From Stegostoma tigrinum (lineage: Eukaryota), in contig NC_081362.1 of the NCBI RefSeq assembly GCF_030684315.1, forward strand, positions 14,502,589 to 14,566,588: 64,000 nt of DNA. Reading direction: 5' to 3'. Positions within the stretch are counted from its first letter, which is position 1. Each line of letters begins with the position of its first letter. Below, piece by piece: positions 50,395 to 62,662 of this stretch. Made by a program: the position numbers and the translations under genes. The notes beneath the pieces are model-generated. The model searched no databases and was not told where the DNA came from. It worked only from the letters and a program-made list of their open reading frames with translations.

Positions 50395-51030
50395 AGCTTA
50401 AAAGGTGATAAAATATAACAAGGCACTTCACAGAAGCTTTTTAAAATAGAGCACTGAGGCATGAAAGGAGATAGTAGGGCAAATGCCAAAAGCTTGGTCA
50501 AAGAAAAACAAAGTAAAGAAATGGAAAGAAAGTTCCACAGCATACAGCCAAGGTACCAGTGGTACAGCAATTAAAATCAATGATGCTCAAAAAGGCCAGA
50601 TTCAGAAGAACACAGATCTTCTGTAGAGCTGGAGGGGTTCACAGAAGTAAGGAAGTGCAAGGCCATAGCGAGGTCTGAAAACAAGAATGAAATCACTGCG
50701 AGCCAATGTAAGTCAGCAAACACCGGGAGGTTGTGTGAACAGGAATGTTTGTATTAGGACATGGGCAGCACAGATACCTCATGCTGATGAAGGGTAGAAT
50801 AAGAGATAATAGGAACTGCAGATGCTGGAGAATCCGAGATAACAAGGTGTGGAGCTAGATGAACACAGCACGCCAAGCAGCATCTTAGGAGCAGGAAAGC
50901 TGACGTTTCGGGCCTAGACCCCTCAATAGGTCGGCCATACAGGAGTGCATTAAAACCTAACTGTAGATTACACAGAGTCATGAATGAGATTTTTTTAAAA
51001 AACTCCTTCCTTAAGGTTTGAGGCAGCATC
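50395..51030 (-). mobile_element. L2 LINE 3' fragment
   Basis: Parallels 54930-55460. Confidence 0.65.
50802..50924 (-). mobile_element. PLE mini-element truncated within the hammerhead core
   Basis: GGGTCTAGGCCCGAAACGTC...TTATCTCGGATTCTCCAGCATCTGCAGTTCCTATTATCTC; CTGATGA is missing. Confidence 0.85.
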
Positions 51031-52066
51031 AATCAAATTTCAAACACAAAGTGGTCATTTTTTTCCCCCTCTAGTTTGCACACATTCAAACAATGCAGTT
51101 TTCAAAAACAAATATAACAAAATATAAAATCTAATATTTGGCCTTAACTATTTTCTGCAAGTTTCACAACTGAGAACCTCAAGTAATGCAGTGATTTAGG
51201 ATTCTTTCATTATAAAACTGGAATTATTCTCGGGAAAAGCTACAACATGCTAACACTGAAGCAATGCAAATTCTGTACACATAGCAATTTTAATGTAAAC
51301 ATTTATGTTGGCAATTTATTACAGCACCTTGGTAATATTACATTAAAACTGAACAAATATGAACCTTTTTAAGAAACCCTTTTTCAGTTCATTACAAGAG
51401 ATCCTGTGACCCCTAATCAACCCTATCCCCACTGTTACCTGTCAAAAGGTGTTTCTATCTTCCCTTGCCCCCAGGTGAATTGGCTGTACGCTGGACAAAC
51501 ACAGCAAGTGAAAACTCAGTTGTTACCTTCTGTTAAGACAGATTGCTGCCCTGTCTAGATAATAGCAGAAAAAATAAGAAAAGGCCATAAAAGAACTAGA
51601 AGCCTTGAGAATGTGAAGTGCCAACATTATTGGTACAAATTCAGACAGTACCTTTTCTGTTGACAAAAAACATTGTAATTACACTACTCACAGCATTTTC
51701 AATCAATCAACACCAGTATTTAAAACTAAGCTCCGCTTTCAACATTCCCAAAAACATTGTTGATCGTCCTCAACAGGCAACTTGGGCACTTTTCCCTGCA
51801 AGTACTGAGACTCAACAGGAGCTGCCAATAGTATTAGAACATATCCTCTATATCACAAAAATGACAATTTAAATGATGCACAAACATTCATGAAGGACAC
51901 ACACAAGCTTTTTTTGTGTACATACTTAATGTATTTAAATGGGCTATTATCTGCTAGGGAGGAAATATGCTAAACTGAAACATTTTCCAGTAAAGCTGTG
52001 GCTCTTGGGGCTATAAACCAAACATGATACTAGGTCTCAGCCTTCTCTTTAAAATATAACTTAATG

Positions 52067-52072
52067 TTTATT
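52067..52072 (-). terminator. Candidate NAA20 polyadenylation signal AATAAA (a distal one lies at 51315-51320)
   Basis: TTTATT on the plus strand ~165 nt past the stop. Confidence 0.5.
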
Positions 52073-52235
52073 CAAAGTATTGAAACAGTGAGCACTATTT
52101 ACAGTCAAACAGCAAATGCTCTTATCTTTAATAAAATACCCAAACTTATCTTGAAGCACTTCTCTGTATTCTCTTATTAAAACAATAAAATTATAATTTT
52201 TGGTTTATACATTGCCCAACAGCCACAGCTTAAAG

Positions 52236-52321
52236 TTATTCAATATCTTCAGGCCTAACTGGATGAGGAAGGGGTATTATTGATTTCTTCTCCGTATCTC
52301 TTGATAAGGCTTTTCTCATAT
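52236..52321 (-). CDS. NAA20: NAA20 exon 6 (DMRKALSRDTEKKSIIPLPHPVRPEDIE*)
   Basis: aacag| acceptor; TAA stop; matches the vertebrate NAA20 C-terminus. Confidence 0.97.
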
Positions 52322-52728
52322 CTGTTACAGAAAAGAAGAGCACAGTTAGAGGGGTCTTATTAAAAATAGGTGACTTCATAGAAGTTGCTTAACACAACTC
52401 CTTCAAAATGCAACTCAAAAATAATTCTTCAACGACAAGGTGCCTTAAAACTGGCTGCCGCTCGCAGAACAGTTATAATCACTGGTAACTTCAACACTCA
52501 AGTGTTCTTCACATTTGTAACTTAGTGAGATAAATACCTACCACTAAAATTAAAAAAAGAACTTCACCAAAATGAAAAGCAATGGAGATAAACTCCGATA
52601 TATCCCAACTTTTCATACTCGATGCTAAACCAATACAGAAAGTAATCAACACAATTCTCACATTTAATCTTTCTCAGTTATCACTCAGTTTTACTTTAAA
52701 CATATTTGACAGAAATTCATAATCATAC

Positions 52729-52874
52729 CATAAGCGTCTTCATCTGGCTCTCCATTGCTAGCTGAGTAATACTCTATTACAGTCCGGTAAACACTGTAGC
52801 CAAGTTGTTTGTACATATTCACTGCCACTTGATTGGATACTCGTACAAATAGATCCACAAAGAATCCACCTTTT
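52729..52874 (-). CDS. NAA20: NAA20 exon 5 (KGGFFVDLFVRVSNQVAVNMYKQLGYSVYRTVIEYYSASNGEPDEDAY)
   Basis: tgtag| acceptor and |gtatga donor; 146 nt. Confidence 0.97.
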
Positions 52875-52967
52875 CTACACATAAAAAATGTACAAATTGT
52901 TCATCAGTTTCTGACTATTTAAAACGTATATTGGAATCAAGTTAATTATCAAAATAGATACACCAAC

Positions 52968-53103
52968 CTTTCAGATATTTCCTCGAGCAGTTCCATTAGT
53001 TTAGCTGCTAGTCCCAAGCGTCTAAATTCTGGGGCTACAGATAAGGCAGTTACATGTCCATGCCATTCCTCTCTTGCCACTGATCCTTCAGCTTTCCCCA
53101 TAA
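52968..53103 (-). CDS. NAA20: NAA20 exon 4 (MGKAEGSVAREEWHGHVTALSVAPEFRRLGLAAKLMELLEEISER)
   Basis: ttaag| acceptor and |gttggt donor; 136 nt; GNAT acetyl-CoA motif RRLGLA. Confidence 0.97.
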
Positions 53104-53203
53104 CTTAAAAAATAAACAATTAGACGGCTTTTTTAAAAAATCTCATCACACATTATCAATACAATTTACACTAGTTTCAGATCCCAACAAACTTTTCACT
53201 CTA

Positions 53204-53322
53204 GGAGATAGCAAGAACTGCAGATGCTGGAAGTCAGAGTCGATAAAACGTGGAGCTGGAGGAGCAGAGCAGGTCAGACACCATCCAAGGCTCAGGAAAG
53301 TTGACGTTGCCGATCGGGATCT
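53204..53322 (-). mobile_element. Diverged PLE mini-element
   Basis: GAGATAGCAAGAACTGCAGATGCTGGA...GTTGACGTTGC; flanking direct repeat TTCACTC. Confidence 0.75.
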
Positions 53323-54899
53323 TCACTCATTGTATTTAGTAAATGATTTGTAGTGTCTGATTGCTTTTACTGATTTCTTTATCCAATTTCTATATTTCAC
53401 AAACCGAATTAAAGTTTCAAGACCCCAAGTACTGTTTGTAGGATCTTACTGGCAGCAAAACGAGATTTTCAGCTATTATGCTTCCACACAATATGGTTTG
53501 GATTAGTTTCCAATTCCTCTTCAGAAATATTGATACATTTCAAATACTTCACTCGCAGCTTTGGGATTCATGATCTGCTTTGAAAACTGTGTGACAACCA
53601 TAGATTGGTGTGGGAATTTGAATTGTAAGTAGGAGATGCAACATTTTTAAACAGCATAACTTGGGTCCAGACAACAACATACTTTGGAAATACCTCCCTG
53701 CCAATTTAATTTCTTTGAATCAGCTAATCAAAATAGTAAGTCACCTATGCATGAAGACTTGAGTCCAGACTACAATGCTAAACTTCTTAATACTCAAATA
53801 TATGCGGAAATATTCACTGTATTCTCCTTTGATCTCGTTAAACACTGGAAAATGCTTTCATTAAATCAATTAAAACTATTTTATGAAATGCAACCCAAAA
53901 TTCTTACATCAAAACTAAAAACAATATGGAATCAAAACTAGTCGAGTGGAATACATAAATTTTGAAACTGACATTTGTAGGAGAGTTCAAACGATTAAAA
54001 CTAAATACTTCAATTAACTAGATAACTGAGAAATGCTTTGCATTAAGCGTAAGTTGATAAGGTCGAAGAGATCCTCTTCCTAAAAACTGCCAGCGAATCT
54101 CACTTGACACTTAACAGGTAGATACTTAGCTTCCATTTTTAATTTGCCATGCTAAATTCAAAGCATTTACATATACCAATAGATGTTTGCTATTAGATTA
54201 GAGGACATGCGATGTTATAAAGATCATGACAACTATATCACTTAGTTTTTAAAATTAAGATGTGTGCCTTTAAGGCTAAAAGTCTAATTACTGCTAAGAA
54301 CTGCTGTATGAAGTCAAGCATTTCAATGTTGTTCAGAGTGCAGGTCACATCAGGATTGCTTGTCTTTCGAGTAGAAGACTGCTACAGTCAAATTAAAAGT
54401 TCCAGATATTTTCACTCTTGAAACAGTGGGGAGCTTATCAAACATTCCAAATGACTACCTTTATTTGTACTTTGCCCTGAAAAATGTGCGCTGTCACTGG
54501 ACAGATCGTATAAAAATGAATATAATTGGCAAATTACTACTGACACCGCTGATGGTAATTTCAGATAATTCCACAAAGTAAGGAACATTATTCCATACGA
54601 AACATAGTTATTTATAACATGAAGGAGACCAAGACTGACTGCTGTTAGGTATGCACAAGGAGAATTTATGCATATATCATTCAACAAACAGCAGATATTC
54701 TTACTGGAGTATTTTCTGTTCTGGGAAAATTTCTAATTTCTTTACAGATTATTTTAAAGAATGTCAGGGAAAAGTAATGCAGTCAAAATGAGTGCTAGAT
54801 GCGTTAAATTTATCAAAATAAATTTGGCATTTCCAAACAATACAATGTATGATGAAACTGTAAAGTCACATTAATGTAACATTTCAATTCAACAATATC

Positions 54900-56760
54900 T
54901 TATATTTAAATAGCACAACTTACGGAGCCGCCAGCAGTTTCACAGGAATGCTATCAAACAAAATTAACATTAAGCCATAAACATAAAAGAAACACTAGGA
55001 CAGATTACCAAAGGTTTAGTCAAATTATTTTAAGCAGTATCTTAAAGGAGGACAAAGACAGAGAGAAAGATATGGAGCAAATTCCACAGTTAATAGCTTC
55101 TTGAGGGAGGGGTACAGCCACTATTGATAGGCAATTAACATTCAGGAATGCTCAAGAGTCTAGGTTTGGAGGAGATCTCGTTGAGTCACAGGCCGGACAA
55201 AGGCTAGACATGTAGGGAAGTCGTGGAGAGATTTTTAAATGAAAATTTTAAAACTGAGCCTGTAATTAACCAGGAACTAATGTCAGTCAGCAAGGTGACA
55301 GGTGTATCAGACTTGGTATGATTTCGGAGTTTAGACAGTAGGGTCCCATGTGACTACAGATTTGTGTAGCGTGCAAGTTGAAAAGCCAGCTAGGAGTATA
55401 CTGGAATAGTCCAGTCTAGGTAACAAAGCATGGTTGAGGCCTTTATCAGCTGATGAGCTGAGACAACAGTTTATTGTTATAGAGAAGGAAACTGGCAGTC
55501 TAAATGGTAGCACAGATGTGTGGCTAGAACCTCATCTTTTGGGCCAGATACAATCACAAGGTTGTGTATAGCCCTAAATAAAAACAGAAATCCTGGGAAT
55601 ATCAATAGGTCAGAATACACTCAGAGCTGAAAACAGAGTTAGTAATTCAGGTGGATGACTTTTCATCAGAACTGTAAATAGCCTAGAACAGCCTTACGCA
55701 GCTGCCAAGGAGAGGAATGGTGTCAAGAGTTAGGGAATAAGGCTTGTTTGGACACCAAAGACAATGGCCTTGGCCTTCCCAATATTTAGGAAGGTGAAAC
55801 GTCCTGTTTTCCAGTATCGAGTACTAGACAAGCAGTGTAACAACTTGAAGAGAGAAGTGCGGAAATAAAGGTTATCGTGAGGTATAGCTGGTGTCAGGTG
55901 TCTATGTGGAATCGGATACTGTGTTTTCAGATCACACCACTGAGGGGCAGCATGCACACAATAAATAGGAGTCAGATACTTAAGATGAAACTAGAGACAA
56001 CGCTATGGGCAGTGAGAAGCTAATGCAGACAACTGTCTAGACAGAAACGGATGGGAAGTGAAATGTAAACAGACAAGTGAAGTCCCACATAGCTGGACAA
56101 CAGCAGAGAGGTTAGGATGGTGGGTCAATCATGTCAATTGTCGCAGGCAGTTCAAGAAGAATGAAGCAGTAGAGTTCACTTTAATCAGTTCACATGGAAT
56201 GTCATTTCTGAACTAGATAAGAACCATGTCAGGACCATGGCAAGGTTGCAAATTTTATCAGAGGTTCAAACATGGAGTTCTGGGAAAGGTGGATATGGAT
56301 TGGCAGCAGCACATTCAAGGTCTTTAGAGAGAAAAGCAAGGCTGGAGATTAGACAAATAATTTGCAATGAGGGAGAGAGTTAAGGCTTTTTTAAAAAGGG
56401 TGATGATGGTAAATTTGAAGAGGAAGAGCCATTAATAATCTCACTTTATACAGGTCGGTGGTGGTGGTGATGGCGGGGGGGGGGGCGGGAGCGGAGCAGA
56501 ATGACAATCTGTCATTTGGTGGGAAAAAAGATACAAGTTCAAGAAACCTTACAGGAAACTCGGCCCAGTGGCCTAGGAAAGAAAGCAGTGAAGGCAGTTG
56601 CACACATGCTGATCATCTCAGTAACAATGAAACTTCTTGCCTAGGTAGTTAGGGTTAAGGGTGGAGAAGGCAGAGAACAGCTTGTAAAGAAGATTTGCAG
56701 TGGTGCCTTTGCATCTGAGGATGATTATAGAATAGCCAGGTAGCCAGTTTTGGCAAAGGA
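54900..56760 (-). mobile_element. Decayed L2 LINE
   Basis: HALLPRLDYSSILLAGF and LNIGKAKAIVFG are L2 RT C-terminal motifs; contains a PLE family-B fragment at 55578-55675. Confidence 0.8.
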
Positions 56761-56787
56761 GGACAGGAACTCCTCAAACTTTAAGTA

Positions 56788-57017
56788 GAGATAGTAGGAA
56801 CTGCCATTGCTGCAGAATCTGCAGATAACAAGGTGTAGAGCTGGATGAACACAGCAGGAGAGGCAGCTTCAGTCTGTAATAACATTAGGGATGCTATTCC
56901 TCAAAACCAGCCTTATCTAAAAACTTCTTCAGGGTCCAGATCCGAAACGTCAGCTTCCCTGCTCCTCTGATGCTGCTTGTCCTGCTGTGTTTATCCAGCT
57001 CTACACCTTGTTATCTC
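56788..57017. mobile_element. Fold-back PLE mini-element with unrelated ~55-nt spacer
   Basis: Inverted arms AGATAACAAGGTGTAGAGCTGGAT..ACACAGCAGGA and TCCTGCTGTGTTTATCCAGCTCTACACCTTGTTATCT; flanks ACTTTAAGTAG and ACTTTAAATAG. Confidence 0.8.
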
Positions 57018-57396
57018 TAATACTTTAAATAGTCTAGCCAGATTTGGCAGTGAATAGTCAAACCAGATATTTGCCAGGTCTATTTAACACTGGATCCTTT
57101 GGACTAAAGGGAATGAAGAGAAGGGCAGGACATATAGAAACGACCGGGGCGAGATAACTCTAATTGAAGTTAGTGGTTTAGATGAGGCTGGTTGAGGAAC
57201 AGCATCTGCAACATTATTACAGCACATAAATAATGCTCAAATTAGAACATATTAGGATTTAAATTTTTGAAACAAATGATAGTAAGTTTAAAATGTAATT
57301 AATCTATCTAGGGAAAAGGCACATTTGATATCAGAAAATACAAGTTTTATCTGACACGTGTACCACATATTAGTGAACATGATATTGGATCCTTAC

Positions 57397-57487
57397 TGTA
57401 ACCCATTAGCTCTCCTCCAGGTGCCTCTGCAACAATGAAATATTCTGGCCAATGAGCGAGATACTGCAGGTAAAAGGGTATTCCATA
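57397..57487 (-). CDS. NAA20: NAA20 exon 3 (YGIPFYLQYLAHWPEYFIVAEAPGGELMGY)
   Basis: tgtag| acceptor and |gtaagg donor; 91 nt. Confidence 0.97.
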
Positions 57488-58736
57488 CTACACACTTAAG
57501 AAAAATAACCACGAAGAAAAGCCTAATAAGAAACGTCAGATTTATAGTAAATCAACCATATAACAAAATACATTCCATAAATATAACTATTTGTTATAGC
57601 TTGCAGTTTTGTTTTGAACATGTCAAAGGAAGCTAATTAAATGCAATTTTTCACTGCACACTACTCCCTCCCATTTCTGATTTCTAAAATAGCAAATACT
57701 TCTGTTTTCCCACCTCAGATCAACATGCAAGAGATGGGGACATAGCAGAAGATCACTGACCTAATAATCCAGAGACCCTTGCCAATGCTATGGGGTCACT
57801 GCTTAAATTCCACAGGTAGAATTTCAATTAAATTGATAAATTTGGAATTGAAAACTAAACTCAGTAATGGTGACCATGAAGTTGTCAGCGATCATCAGAA
57901 AAATGATCTGCCTGGTTCACTAATATCCTTTAAAAGGAGGGCAGTGTGCCATCTTTACCAGTCTGACTTACATATGACTCTAGACCCATAGGTTGACTGC
58001 TAACTATGCTCTGAAATGATCTAGCAAGCTGCTCAATTCAAAGATCAAGGAATGGCTTCCAAACAGTACTAACAACGATGCTGATCAGTGTTTGTACTTT
58101 CAAGAGTTCGTAACCTAAAATGGTAAAATATCAAAGTTGTATGTAGTACACGTTCAATGCTGTCCCCAAATGGCTAGATGTCATTGGACCAACTCTACAC
58201 TGAGCAAAGAATCACAATGTCATACAAGTACAGTAACTCAACAACTAGAGTTTGAGTGAAATGCTTTTGTAAACTATGGCTCTAGAAGCGATTGCGTGAA
58301 TGCATCAAGTCAAATTAATTTAAAAATCTTCACTGCACCACAAGGAGAAAGGAACTATACCAGCCAAATTAAGATGGTATGTCCAATTCAGGTTAGGCCA
58401 AGGTAAATCCAATAATCAGGGCATGAGCTCATTGAATGGCAACATGTTATTTTATAGCACAACTTTTGAAGGTTGTGAGCACTTATGACATCAACTAAAG
58501 ATGACTTAACAAATTCAATTAATCATAAAGGACTAAAATATTCTGAATCCACCATGCAAATTATTTATGTTAAGAAACCAGAAATGAACTAAACGTGAAC
58601 AATAAAGCATTCTTAATAATGATTAACTAAAATAAAGGGCATATTAAAGCATATGAAACCCAATGGCATTGCATGTTACATTAAATCAAGATTCCCCACA
58701 AGAAATCAAAGTGGTAACAGATGGGCACAAGGATAC
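57488..58736 (-). other. NAA20: U12-type GT-AG intron of NAA20
   Basis: 5' GTATCCTT; branch-like TTTCTTAAG ~10 nt from the AG; no polypyrimidine tract between them. Confidence 0.9.
57740..58085 (+). mobile_element. tRNA-SINE (second family), diverged
   Basis: TAATCCAGAGACC...CTGGTTCACTAATATCCTTTA shared with 47068-47372. Confidence 0.7.
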
Positions 58737-58761
58737 GGTTTCCGTTAGTGGATCCAAATTT
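58737..58761 (-). CDS. NAA20: NAA20 exon 2, 25-nt micro-exon (NLDPLTET)
   Basis: tgcag| acceptor; followed by the U12 donor. Confidence 0.96.
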
Positions 58762-59159
58762 CTGCAATACAAAGGAAAGCAAATTACAACAGGTTCAATC
58801 TCCCATTTTAAATATTAAGTGGTATTAGATCACATAACAGGGGTTTCTTTGGAAAAGCTCTAAGTAAATCCACAAATCGCTTTCAGCACACAGGTATCAC
58901 TTTCAAAAAATACATTTTGAAATAAACAAAATTACTGCAGCACAAACTTTGCAAAACCCTTTGGTCAATAAACTCTTCAAGACAATTCAACTTAATAGGA
59001 TAAGATGTGTGAACATCATGCAATGAATGAATTGCGTTCAGCAATACCACAGAGTCACATATTTTGCCAGCCATTAGGCAGAGTTTACAAGTGGCTTTCA
59101 GCTGGGATTTACGATAACAAGTAGAAACACTTTAGTTTCCTTCCTTCCTGACTAGGCGC

Positions 59160-59575
59160 AGAGGAACAATGGACAGAGACAAAGGCTAGCATTCGGCCCT
59201 TCGAACCTGTCTCGCTATTGGATAAGATTATGGCTGGTCTGTCGTGGTCTCAAGTTCACTTTCTGTCTTTCCCCATGACCCTCAAACACCATCTATTAAA
59301 ACCTACCTAACTTAGCTTTTCATTAAAGCTAGGGAAAAGGATTCCACAGATGAATAATACTCTGAATTAGAAAGAAAACCCACTTCACTTATCCATAATC
59401 TCTTTGCAGACTCATCATCTATTTCTCTATCTACCTTTGTGTCTTCAGCAAATTTAGCGAACACGTATTTGATCTCTTCTTCGATTATAGAGATAGCAAA
59501 TGTTTGAGGCCCCAAAATTGATCTATGTGATGCTCTGCCAGTTATAGTTTACAACGTGAGCCCTCTCATTAGTGC
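59160..59575 (-). mobile_element. Decayed CR1 fragments
   Basis: LGPQTF...KFAEDTKV; CR1 tail at 59165-59240. Confidence 0.7.
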
Positions 59576-59612
59576 CTACTTTCACACATTGGGCCCATCA
59601 TCAAAAACATGC

Positions 59613-59768
59613 TACAGAGATAGTACGAACTGCCGATGCTGGAGAATCTGAGATAACACGGTGTGAAGAAGGTGGTCAAGAAGAAGGGTCGTAAACCGAA
59701 ATGTCAACTTTCCTTCTCCTCTGATGCTGCTTGGCCTGCTATGTTCATCCAGCTTCACACCATGTTAT
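59613..59768. mobile_element. Fold-back PLE mini-element with 13-bp TSD
   Basis: TSD ATCAAAAACATGC at 59600-59612 and 59769-59781; inverted tail on the left; decayed core GAAGAAGGGTCGTAAACCGAAATGTC. Confidence 0.85.
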
Positions 59769-61067
59769 ATCAAAAACATGCAGTTGATATTATAATTCCA
59801 AACATATCCAAGGAAGAAGCATGCTTCATGCCAACCATTATCTCTTGCTGGACACTCTGAACAGCTTTAGTGATTTCACCTTCCAAGAAAGTCAAACACA
59901 GAATCAAAGAGGGTTTGACTGTACACTGCAACAGGATTTTCCAACAGGGACACACAGTATATTTGCGAATACAATGGGAAGCTGTGTCAACAATACGCAA
60001 CTAATTCAATTGTCTGCCTCCTCTGCATAGATACAGTAGCATATTCTAGAGGTTCGTAGGTACTGCAATGGAAGAATTCTGTACTTATTCCCACGTTACC
60101 GTGTATCCAGGATAAAAGTGTTCTTGTGTATACAAATTTAAGGGTATGGCAATTAATTATGCAATTTCTGCAGGACAACAGCAGATTCATTTTTCTGAAA
60201 GAGAACAGTTCCCAACACAAGGGGTACAAATTTCCCAAGTGCCTCAAGGTATTTGATCTTTACAATGATGTTTCCATTGTAAATTTTTTTTTGAAATGTT
60301 TTGTTTAAAGGAGTGTACATATTGGCTTGCAATGACATTTAATGGACTGGATGAGGTATGGACCTGTGTTTTTTTTTTAAAATGGTTACTGAAAGGACAT
60401 TTGGGCCCTTTTTTCAAAAGATGCATTCTGGAAATCATGACTTAAGTTAATAGTTTGGACACGTTCACAAAAAAAATTACCATTCCCGACCTTAAGTTGT
60501 CAAAAACTGTGGCTACTGGGTATTGTCTGGAGCTCAGTTGGTAGGTAGCATACTGAAATTGGTCATCCAGCACATCCATCTATTTTGAAAATTCTTTGGA
60601 GAGAGGGTAAAACATGGTATAGCTGTTTTCCTAAGTTTCTGGAGAACTTCTTATCATCTCCTGAACAAACTGATTCTGAAAATATCCCAGTAACAACCAT
60701 GTGTGTTTTGTGACCTATCGACATGTGCTAGGATACCAGCATCTGGCTTGGTTCCAGTTACTTTTTTTTAAAATCCCCCACAGTTAACTATTATTTTTCC
60801 ATGCTTTTGTGTGCACTAGCTCTCTGTAGAGAAGGTTTCGTGCATTTTGCTTTAAACTGATGTGGAGATGAGTGCACATGTATTTTAGCCTATTTAGAAA
60901 GGTAGATACTGTCGTATTCAAAGCTGAGTTTTAATGACTTGTACTTTTATTGAATAAGTATTGTTTTATAATAAAATCAATAGTCATTATCAATTACAGA
61001 AACCCAGTTGAAGGATCTGTACTCAAATGGAAAGATTAGCATTTATACACATTTGACAATTTTGATA

Positions 61068-61166
61068 CAAAAACCAAAATTTCTGTAAAAGCTCAGCAGG
61101 TCTGGGCTCATCTGTGGACAGAAATCAGAGTTAACATGTTGGGTCCAGTGACCCTTCCTCAGAACT
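61068..61166 (-). mobile_element. PLE family-B terminal repeat fragment
   Basis: AGTT-CTGAGGA-A-GGGTC(ACTG)GACCC-AACATGTT-AACT; GAAAC is mutated, helices I and II are intact. Confidence 0.75.
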
Positions 61167-61864
61167 TGGCATATTGACTTGTTTTAAAAATTATATGTTG
61201 CATCCTAGCCAATTAGTAAAACTTCAGAACAACACTTTGCACATCCCCACCTTGGTTGAAACAAAATGGACTTGTTTCTGTACATTACTTTGAAACAAAC
61301 TCACATGTTGCTGTATCAGAAACCCTCTGTTCCAATCCTTTCAATTCAGTTATTGCACATGTTACTGCACTGACCAAAGTCCAGGAAAGACCTCCACTGT
61401 GACCAGCAGGCCATGCCTGCTTGTTTTGTTTTACCCTTCAACAGCACATAGCAGTTAATCATGCACTGCCACTCCAGTTGCCTCCCTAGAGTCCAGCTCT
61501 GAGAGATTAGCTTTGTGTGATGCACGAACCTCAGCTCCAGCAAATGTTTTTCATGCCCTGCCAACTGGTCAACTCAAGAGTCATCCTATAGTAGGGCCTT
61601 TTATGTTTTTTGCCACACGTTGGTCCTTGCCATTGTCCGTGTCTCTCACTCTGAGCAATATTGTGTAAAATCTTAAGGTCTGGCTCAATCACCAATACTG
61701 CAACATAACCAACCTTCTAAACCTACTTCACGAGCTTCTGTCATTTTACTCAAACTTCTCTCAACCATTCCAATTCACTTCTGATGTTTCTTCATCTAAT
61801 ATTACTGCATGTTATTCAATCTTCCGTTACAAGACTCTGCACTGCATAATGCATTAATGCCCAT

Positions 61865-62575
61865 GAGAAAACGGACTTATATTGTGGGGAACCAGAGGCC
61901 AAAAATTTAAGGTGATTCATAAAAAAATCCAGAGACAAAGCAAGGAAAACTACTTCATGCACAGTGTTATGGCAATCTGGAAATTGATACCGAGAAGATT
62001 AATGGAAACATATTCAACAGCATCTTTCACAGGGAAATGTTTGAAGATGTAACATTAATGTTAACAAAACTATAGGGAGAGAGAGTGGAACTTAATGGAT
62101 AAACATAGGAGTATAGATCTAATAGGCCATTGTACTCCTGCTTCACTGATCCATTGCAACCATTCAGCATGTTAACACAGTCTCACTGAACAGTTTGCTC
62201 TCCCTGTACAGCAGTCAGCACAGAGGGCTGTAGAAGCTAAGTAAGTATATCGAAGGCTGAGACAGACAGATTTGTGATCAATGTGGGAATCAAGGGACGC
62301 AGGGGAAAGGCAGGAAAGTGGAGTCGATTATTATCGAGTCAGTTGTTATCTCATCGAGTGACAGAGCAGGCTTACAGGGGGGAGTAGGCCAGAAAGCCTA
62401 CAATTACGCTTGTGGCCCTGGATATTTCACCCTATAGATCAAAAACATAGAAAATAGGAGCAAGGAGTCGGCCATTCGGCTCTTCTAGCCTACTCAGTCA
62501 TTCAATATAGCCAACCAAGTTAGATCCCTGTTCCCGCATTCTCCCTGCACAATTTAATCCCCTTTGCCTTTAGAA
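61865..62575. mobile_element. Cluster of short CR1 3' fragments
   Basis: 61865-62150(+), 62215-62415(+) and 62443-62575(-) resemble the CR1 RT end and tail. Confidence 0.6.
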
Positions 62576-62609
62576 GACCAACTTTCCTATCACAATGCAG
62601 TTTGCTCAC

Positions 62610-62662
62610 ATGTTGTTGAAGCGAAAAAGGTCGTCACAACAAAACGCACGTAAAGTGGTCAT
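62610..62662 (-). CDS. NAA20: NAA20 (NatB catalytic subunit) exon 1, MTTLRAFCCDDLFRFNNI
   Basis: ATG at 62662, AT|gtgagc donor; six exons total 537 nt = 178 aa + stop. Confidence 0.97.

Noticed and set aside
50784-50797. CTGATGAAGGGT next to the truncated mini-element, matching the missing hammerhead 5' part
   Set aside because: Opposite orientation, no GAAA partner, and it fits the surrounding L2 sequence; probably coincidental
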